DNA of 64,000 nt from contig JBMNOE010000002.1 in assembly GCA_050942895.1 (NCBI GenBank), forward strand, positions 130,710-194,709. Reading direction: 5' to 3'. This document shows, piece after piece, positions 58,583-64,000 of the stretch. Within the stretch, counting starts at the first letter, position 1; each line of letters opens with the position of its first letter. The notes beneath the pieces were generated by a model. The model made no database searches and had not been told where the DNA came from. It was given only the letters and a program-made list of their open reading frames with translations. Position numbers and translations under genes: made by a program. This DNA comes from Christensenellales bacterium (GTDB lineage: Bacteria > Bacillota > Clostridia > Christensenellales > UBA1750).

Positions 58583-59512
58583 TTATCTGTATATCTGCAC
58601 CGCGCCCTTCAGTGCTCTTACCTGCACATCTGAAAAAATGCCGGCAAACTCGCCGTCCAGCCCCCATTCTATCTCCTGCGGGGTGCGTATGCTGATGCTG
58701 GACGCCTGGTAAAAGCTGATATACTCATCGTCATATTGCCCTGCGAGCAGGCAGGAAATTATTCTTTCCAGCTCCAACAGATTTCTGGGGGCCTTTATGA
58801 ACATCGCCTCGAACAGGCCGTCGTCCAGCCTCAGGCTCTCGAACTCTATTTTGAATATGCCCGCCATCGACCTGGAGTTGGAAACATTGCCGAATATTAT
58901 CCTGTCCGCCCTTTCATAGCAATCACCCTTTGCATCGCCGCACTTTATGTTCACCTCATAGCTTTTGAGCTCCGCCAGGTTCTTTATTCCCTGAAGAAGG
59001 TAAGCGAAATAGCCCAGAATGTTTTTAAGATTCTGGGATGTCTCATAGGAAACATTTGAAAAGGCGCCAAATGTCGCCATGAATGTGAAATGTCTGGACT
59101 GGCCCGCGCCGGTGAAACTGCCGATATCATAGGGCCTGGGCGCACCATTGACCACCTTGGAAATGACCGACCTTGGCAAGCCGGTAAGGCCCATGCTGGT
59201 GGCGGCCACATTGGTGGTGCCGGAGGGGAAGTACATTATCTCAGGGCGTTTTTCCCCTTCTTCGGCCATTACGCCGTTTATAACCTCGTGGAGGGTACCG
59301 TCACCCCCCGCACAGGCGATGATATCATAATAATGGCTGCCCTCCCTGGATATTCTGACGGCATCGCCGGCAGCAGCGGTCTCAACCTGATCAACGGCGA
59401 AGCCCCCTGCGCGAAGCTGCGCGCATATTTCATCGGCGCTCTTTATCCCCAGCCGCCTTCCCGCCACGGGGTTTATTATCAGCAGCACTCTTTTGCCGGA
59501 TATCATTTCCAT
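58583..59512 (-). CDS. Diacylglycerol/lipid kinase family protein (DAGK catalytic domain, YegS-like).
   Basis: LLIINPVAGRR and GGDGTLHEVINGV motifs. Confidence 0.8.
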   Translation of the reverse strand: MEMISGKRVLLIINPVAGRRLGIKSADEICAQLRAGGFAVDQVETAAAGDAVRISREGSHYYDIIACAGGDGTLHEVINGVMAEEGEKRPEIMYFPSGTTNVAATSMGLTGLPRSVISKVVNGAPRPYDIGSFTGAGQSRHFTFMATFGAFSNVSYETSQNLKNILGYFAYLLQGIKNLAELKSYEVNIKCGDAKGDCYERADRIIFGNVSNSRSMAGIFKIEFESLRLDDGLFEAMFIKAPRNLLELERIISCLLAGQYDDEYISFYQASSISIRTPQEIEWGLDGEFAGIFSDVQVRALKGAVQIYR

Positions 59513-59820
59513 TCTTTATGAAAACCTCCCATAACCGACAGGTTCATCGATTGTTTTAATTTAGCTTGTTTTAGTATTATATCATGTTTTGTGGCGTACA
59601 TGGCCGCCCGCCGTGCAGGAATTCCTGCGGAAATTAATAAACTTATTATATCATATCATAATAAACTTAATGTAAAAATGACAAGACTTTTCAAATTGCG
59701 CGTTTTGAGATAAAATATAACATAATGCGCCATTGTTATTGTAATTATCAAAGTTATCAAAAAAAGCAGGCGTTAAAACAGGCGTTTTCAGACACCGCGC
59801 AAACTAACAGGAGAAAAACG

Positions 59821-61008
59821 ATGAAGCTTACAAAAGAAGAACTCAACAACCGCCGCAGCAGGTTCTGCAAGGTGATGGACGAGCGCAACCCCGACTGGGA
59901 CACAGCCGTCATAATGGGCAAGGCAAACCAATATTATTTCATGGGAACAATGCAGGATGCAGTTTTGCTGATAAGAAAGGGCGGCGCATTTTCATACCAT
60001 GTGCGCAGAAGCCTTGAGCGGGCTTTGGACGAGTCCCCTTTCGACGATAACATCTACCCCATGCTAAGCTATCGTGATGCGGCTCAGGCCGTTGGAAGCG
60101 ATCTGGGGATCACATATATTGAGACGGAAGTGGTGACATACGCCATAGTCCAGCGCTTTTCAAAGCATTTTAAAATGGCGCAGATTAAATCCCTTGAGGG
60201 TGCGCTGATGTATGTGCGCTCTGTCAAAAACCCTTATGAGATGTATTGGGTGGAAAAAGCCTGCGCGACGCAGCACTCTCTTTTGATGGAGGCAGTTCCG
60301 GGCCTGCTGAAGGAGGGCATCAGCGAGGCGGATTTCGTGGGCGAGCTTCAGGCGAAAATGATGCAATACGGCTACCACGGAATCACCCGCTTTTACCGCT
60401 TTCAAACGGAGCTTGTTACCGGGCAGGTTGGCTTTGGCATAAGCTCTCTTTATCCCACCAGCTTTGACGGCCCCGGCGGCGCCCTGGGAACAAGCGCTGC
60501 GGCCCCCGTGACGGGCAGGCGGGATGTGAGGCTAAAGAAGGGCGACCTGGTTTTTGTGGACTGCGGCTTTGGCATGGAGGGCTACCACAGCGATAAAACC
60601 CAGGTGTATATGTTTGGTGCAAAGCCTTCACCGGAGGCAATAAGCGCCCACAGAGCCTGCATTGATATCGAACAAAGAGCGGCGGACATGCTAAGGCCCG
60701 GCATAGCGCCAAGCGAAATATACAACAAGATAATGGGCAGCCTTGATGAAAGCTTCCTTGAAAACTTCATGGGCTTTGGGCAAAGAAGCGCAAAGTTTCT
60801 GGGGCATGGCGTTGGAATGTTTGTGGACGAAATGCCGATTATCGCCGCCGGATTTGACGAGCCGCTTCAGGAAAACATGACCATCGCTCTGGAGCCGAAG
60901 AAGGGCATCGCAGGGCTGGGCATGGTCGGGGTGGAGGATACCTATGCCGTCACTCCGAGTGGCGGCAGATGCCTCTCCGGCGGCGGCTGCGACATCATCG
61001 TCGTATAA
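59821..61008 (+). CDS. M24-family metallopeptidase (Xaa-Pro aminopeptidase/creatinase-like).
   Basis: Pita-bread fold metal ligands (DCGFGMEGYHSD...HGVGMFVDE). AGGAG RBS at the internal Met. Confidence 0.75.
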   Translation: MKLTKEELNNRRSRFCKVMDERNPDWDTAVIMGKANQYYFMGTMQDAVLLIRKGGAFSYHVRRSLERALDESPFDDNIYPMLSYRDAAQAVGSDLGITYIETEVVTYAIVQRFSKHFKMAQIKSLEGALMYVRSVKNPYEMYWVEKACATQHSLLMEAVPGLLKEGISEADFVGELQAKMMQYGYHGITRFYRFQTELVTGQVGFGISSLYPTSFDGPGGALGTSAAAPVTGRRDVRLKKGDLVFVDCGFGMEGYHSDKTQVYMFGAKPSPEAISAHRACIDIEQRAADMLRPGIAPSEIYNKIMGSLDESFLENFMGFGQRSAKFLGHGVGMFVDEMPIIAAGFDEPLQENMTIALEPKKGIAGLGMVGVEDTYAVTPSGGRCLSGGGCDIIVV

Positions 61009-61217
61009 GACGCGGTTCCTGCCATCGCCCGCGGGCCCGCCCACCCACGGAAAAGAATTCTTTTCCCAAAAAATTCTTTTTCTCCCCAAGGCACTCCCCG
61101 AAGGCAAGCGTCTTTTTTGCATTGGAATTCCCCGGCTCCGCCTGTCCCCGCGGGAAAGATCAGCCATGAAAAGCCAAGGAGTGAAGCGAAAATTTAAAGG
61201 ATGATCTGGAAAAATTG

Positions 61218-61604
61218 TTATGTAGAAGGTCTTCTGTTTTCCTCCTGCTTAAGCCAATAGCGAATACCCTTGCCCGCCAAAGGTTCATCATCGAAGCGGG
61301 GTATGACATGCAAATGCGAATGGAACTCCGTTTGCCCGGCAACGCTGCCAATATTCCAACCCAAATTGTATCCTCCTGGATGGCATTTGTCATCCAGGTA
61401 TTGCTTTACCCGGTCCAGCAACTCTTTCGTAGCAGACCATTCCTCCTGCGATAGATCGAAGGGCGATTGCCTATGCGCGACAGGAATGATGACGCAGGAA
61501 TCAACCAGCACAGGGTTGCTGACGGCGATACAAGCGGCATACGCGTTTTCAAAAAGTATTTTGTCCTTATTATTCTTGTAATTGCAGCAATAGCAGCCTT
61601 CCAT
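61218..61604 (-). CDS. HIT-family (histidine triad) protein.
   Basis: HSHLHVIP matches the HxHxHxx motif. GGAGGGG RBS at the internal Met. Confidence 0.75.
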   Translation of the reverse strand: MEGCYCCNYKNNKDKILFENAYAACIAVSNPVLVDSCVIIPVAHRQSPFDLSQEEWSATKELLDRVKQYLDDKCHPGGYNLGWNIGSVAGQTEFHSHLHVIPRFDDEPLAGKGIRYWLKQEENRRPST

Positions 61605-61796
61605 GTAATCCCCTCCGCAATTGATAGATTTCCGGTTTTCCCGGTTTTTTGACTGGTTTTTTCCTCCCGCATTGAGCGACTGATAATGCTCCGGCAAAAT
61701 CAGACCGCAAGAGTCTCCTCAAATCAAGAAGGCCCGGTGATCTCCGGGCCTTTTTTGAATGCGAGGTTATGCAGCCAGGGGAAAGTGTGAGGGGCG

Positions 61797-62708
61797 CTAC
61801 TCCCCGCAGTTATGATCCTCTATCCACTCCCCAACGGCGTTGTAGTTGACTTCACCGCCAAGCTTTTCTATCGTCTGCCGATATTCCCGCAGAGCCTGAC
61901 CGGCGATGGGCAGGTCGATCCCCTGCTTGATCGATTCATCCAGCGAAAGAGCCAGATCCTTCGTCATAAGCCCCAGCTTGAAGCCCGCATCGTACTTCTT
62001 TGGCAGCATGAACTTGGGCACATTCCCCTGCATCACCCATGAATTGCCGGAACTCTTGCCCACTATCTCCAGCATAAGACCGATGTCGACGTTAAGGCGC
62101 TTTGCAAGATACATGGCCTCCGCAGCAACGGCGGTGTTAACGGCGTTTAAAAGCTGGTTGATCATCTTGACCGTCTTGCCGTCGCCCAGCTTTCCGGCAA
62201 AGAATATGTTCTTTCCCATGGCTTCAAGCAGTGGCCGCGCCCGCCTGACATCATCCTCCTCGCCCGCGCTCATTATGGTCAGCGTTCCGGCTACTGCACC
62301 GTCCACGCCGCCGCTGACAGGTGCGTCCACGAAGGAGAGCAACGCGCCCTTTTCTTGGGCAAGCTGCGCCACATGCTTTAAGGTGCTGCCCATTGCCGAT
62401 GTCATCTCAATGCAAAGCTTAGGCCCAGCCGCGCTCTCGATAATGCCGCCCGGGCCGGCGTAAACATCCAATATCTCTCGGTCAGCCGGCAATATCGTGA
62501 TTATCGCATCGCTGTTTTGCGTCAGTTCCGCAATCGAGGAAGCAGCTTTCGCGCCCGCCTCCGCCAGCGGAGCCATCGCCTGGGGGATCAGATCATAGAC
62601 CAAAAGGCTATAGCCCCCTTTGATCAGATTCATCGCCATGGGGCTTCCCATCCGCCCAAGACCTATAAACCCAACGGTTTTAATATCATTTGCCGCATTT
62701 TTTCCCAT
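61797..62708 (-). CDS. NAD(P)-dependent 3-hydroxyisobutyrate or tartronate-semialdehyde reductase family oxidoreductase (GarR-like).
   Basis: N-terminal GFIGLGRMGSPMA Rossmann motif and a 6-PGDH-like C-terminal domain. Confidence 0.8.
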   Translation of the reverse strand: MGKNAANDIKTVGFIGLGRMGSPMAMNLIKGGYSLLVYDLIPQAMAPLAEAGAKAASSIAELTQNSDAIITILPADREILDVYAGPGGIIESAAGPKLCIEMTSAMGSTLKHVAQLAQEKGALLSFVDAPVSGGVDGAVAGTLTIMSAGEEDDVRRARPLLEAMGKNIFFAGKLGDGKTVKMINQLLNAVNTAVAAEAMYLAKRLNVDIGLMLEIVGKSSGNSWVMQGNVPKFMLPKKYDAGFKLGLMTKDLALSLDESIKQGIDLPIAGQALREYRQTIEKLGGEVNYNAVGEWIEDHNCGE

Positions 62709-62844
62709 AATAAAACCTCCTGTGAATTTTTGTCAATTACAATATATTATATCATGGTATGGGATTAATTGACAGCTCGGCACTTGTGTAGTTAAATTAA
62801 TGTATAGACAATTTTTACAATATTCAATACAAAAGGAGAATACC

Positions 62845-63630
62845 ATGATAAGATTGAACCCGCTTAAACAAGGCCTAAGGGAAGGAAAGAGCTATGTTGG
62901 AACCTTTGTGAAGATGACCGATGCCTCCTCTGTGGAGATTATCGCCTTTTGCGGCTTTGACTTCTTCGTTATCGACTGCGAGCACACCCACATCGGCAAG
63001 GAAACGATGGTCAGCCTTCTTCGCGCAGCGGATATTTCCGGCATAGTGCCCATCGTTCGCGTGCGTGAGAACAACCGCGCTCAGATTCTTCACGCCCTTG
63101 ACTCAGGGGGCATGGGTGTGATGGTGCCTGAAACCAGCAGCGCCGGCGAGGTTAAGCATGTGGTGGACTGCGCCTATTACGATCCCGTCGGCAAGAGGGG
63201 CTTCACCCCCTCCAACAGAGCGGCGGGCTACACATTTATGAACGGCGGCGAATACGCCCAGATGACCAACGAGAACGTGATGGTTGTCGTCTATGTGGAA
63301 ACAAAGGAGGGCCTTGACAATCTGGAGGAGATGCTGGCCGTGCCGGGAATAGATGTGATGTGGATAGGGCCCATGGACCTCTCCCAGGCGCTTGGCGTCA
63401 CCGGGGATTCAAAGCATCCCAAGGTGCTGGCCGCTGTGGACGATATCATCGAAAAGTGCAAGAAAGCGGGTGTGGCCGTGGGGACGATCGCCCCAAATGC
63501 AAAGGAGGCCCAGGCCCTCATCGATAAAGGCGTGCAGTTCATCGGCCTTAGCTCAGACCAGGCGATGATCGCCTATGCGGGCAAGCAGTTCATGAAAGAA
63601 CTGGGCAAAAGCGGCCGCCTGCCCTACTGA
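62845..63630 (+). CDS. HpcH/HpaI-family 2-keto-3-deoxy-acid aldolase (GarL-like). Divergent from the reductase.
   Basis: TIM-barrel pyruvate/PEP-utilising aldolase family signature. AAGGAG RBS at the internal Met. Confidence 0.75.
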   Translation: MIRLNPLKQGLREGKSYVGTFVKMTDASSVEIIAFCGFDFFVIDCEHTHIGKETMVSLLRAADISGIVPIVRVRENNRAQILHALDSGGMGVMVPETSSAGEVKHVVDCAYYDPVGKRGFTPSNRAAGYTFMNGGEYAQMTNENVMVVVYVETKEGLDNLEEMLAVPGIDVMWIGPMDLSQALGVTGDSKHPKVLAAVDDIIEKCKKAGVAVGTIAPNAKEAQALIDKGVQFIGLSSDQAMIAYAGKQFMKELGKSGRLPY

Positions 63631-63640
63631 AAACTGAAAA

Positions 63641-63680
63641 CTGACAAAAGGCGGCGTTTTTACTCCGCCTTTTTCCGTTT
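63641..63680 (+). terminator. Rho-independent terminator.
   Basis: aaggcgg cgtttttact ccgcctt followed by tttccgtttt. Confidence 0.6.
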
Positions 63681-63759
63681 TCCATGAAACGCCAATAAGG
63701 CCAAAATCGTTTATATATGTGGATATGAACGAAATTTACGCTTGCCCCCGGAGGTCCCA

Positions 63760-64000
63760 GTGAATAAACCCATAAAAAGAAATGTAATAAAACTTGCGCT
63801 GCTCCTTGCTCTTTTGTGCTCATGCATTGCGCTCATTTCCTGCTCACAGCCGGCGGAGGATCAAAAGGTCACCGCTATCGCCCCTGCAGGCATGGACGCA
63901 AAGCGCGCTTCTGCTGCGATTTTGGAGACAGAAAGGCCCCTTCAGGGTAACGATGCAATCATAACATCGCCTGCGCCGGAGCCGACGGCAGAATCATCCG
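63760..64000 (+). CDS. Putative lipoprotein, 5' partial, running off the window end. GTG start.
   Basis: KLALLLALLCSC lipobox-like signal peptide. No stop within the window. Confidence 0.4.
   Translation, partial: MNKPIKRNVIKLALLLALLCSCIALISCSQPAEDQKVTAIAPAGMDAKRASAAILETERPLQGNDAIITSPAPEPTAESS

Noticed and set aside
1-64000. Search for CRISPR arrays, IS elements, integrases and transposases.
   Set aside because: Apart from the features listed above, no regularly spaced direct repeats with unique spacers were seen. No DDE or tyrosine/serine recombinase motifs were found in any ORF. The only mobile-element signature is the tRNA-Lys partial duplication, which is reported as a finding.

Overview
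This 64-kb window looks like chromosomal DNA from a spore-forming Firmicute (Clostridia-like), with GC roughly in the mid-50s percent. The sporulation genes yabP-yabQ-divIC and spoIIGA-sigE-sigG point to a spore former. Most of the window is core housekeeping. It holds an Fe/Mn-family regulator, an Rrf2 regulator, radC and a GldA/F/G-like ABC module with a DUF4340 partner. It also holds gyrB-gyrA-like type IIA topoisomerase genes and a complete arginine biosynthesis cluster (argG-argH-argC-argJ-argB-argD plus argF). Further right are an NfeD-flotillin pair, diaminopimelate dehydrogenase, a large glycoside hydrolase, a MerR regulator and the recG-yloV-yloU (Asp23) cluster. The main accessory locus, at about 44.0-57.5 kb, is a nonribosomal peptide gene cluster. 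It contains an Sfp-type phosphopantetheinyl transferase, a 2444-aa two-module NRPS (C-A-T-C-A-T-R) ending in a thioester reductase domain, and a fatty-acyl-AMP/CoA ligase with its own acyl carrier protein. Embedded between these is a two-component system: a 7TM-PAS histidine kinase whose start is translationally coupled to the NRPS stop, and a response regulator with an HD-GYP (c-di-GMP phosphodiesterase-type) output. The architecture predicts an N-acylated dipeptide aldehyde, the same class as the protease-inhibiting dipeptide aldehydes and pyrazinones made by gut Clostridia. Other things worth a second look: (1) a low-GC islet of about 2.4 kb, carrying a CarD-like gene, bounded by tRNA-Lys(CTT) and a degenerate direct copy of the tRNA 3' half; this looks like the remnant of a tRNA-targeted integrative element. 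(2) Seven back-to-back strong hairpins at the left edge of the window. (3) A 72-bp tandem repeat that duplicates the stop region of the DUF4340 gene. (4) A short GC-rich palindromic motif, gcgggcccgcc[c/t]accc, recurring in at least five intergenic sites. (5) A GyrA-like C-terminal domain in which the GyrA-box blade appears to sit at the C-terminal end. I found no CRISPR array, no intact transposase and no integrase.
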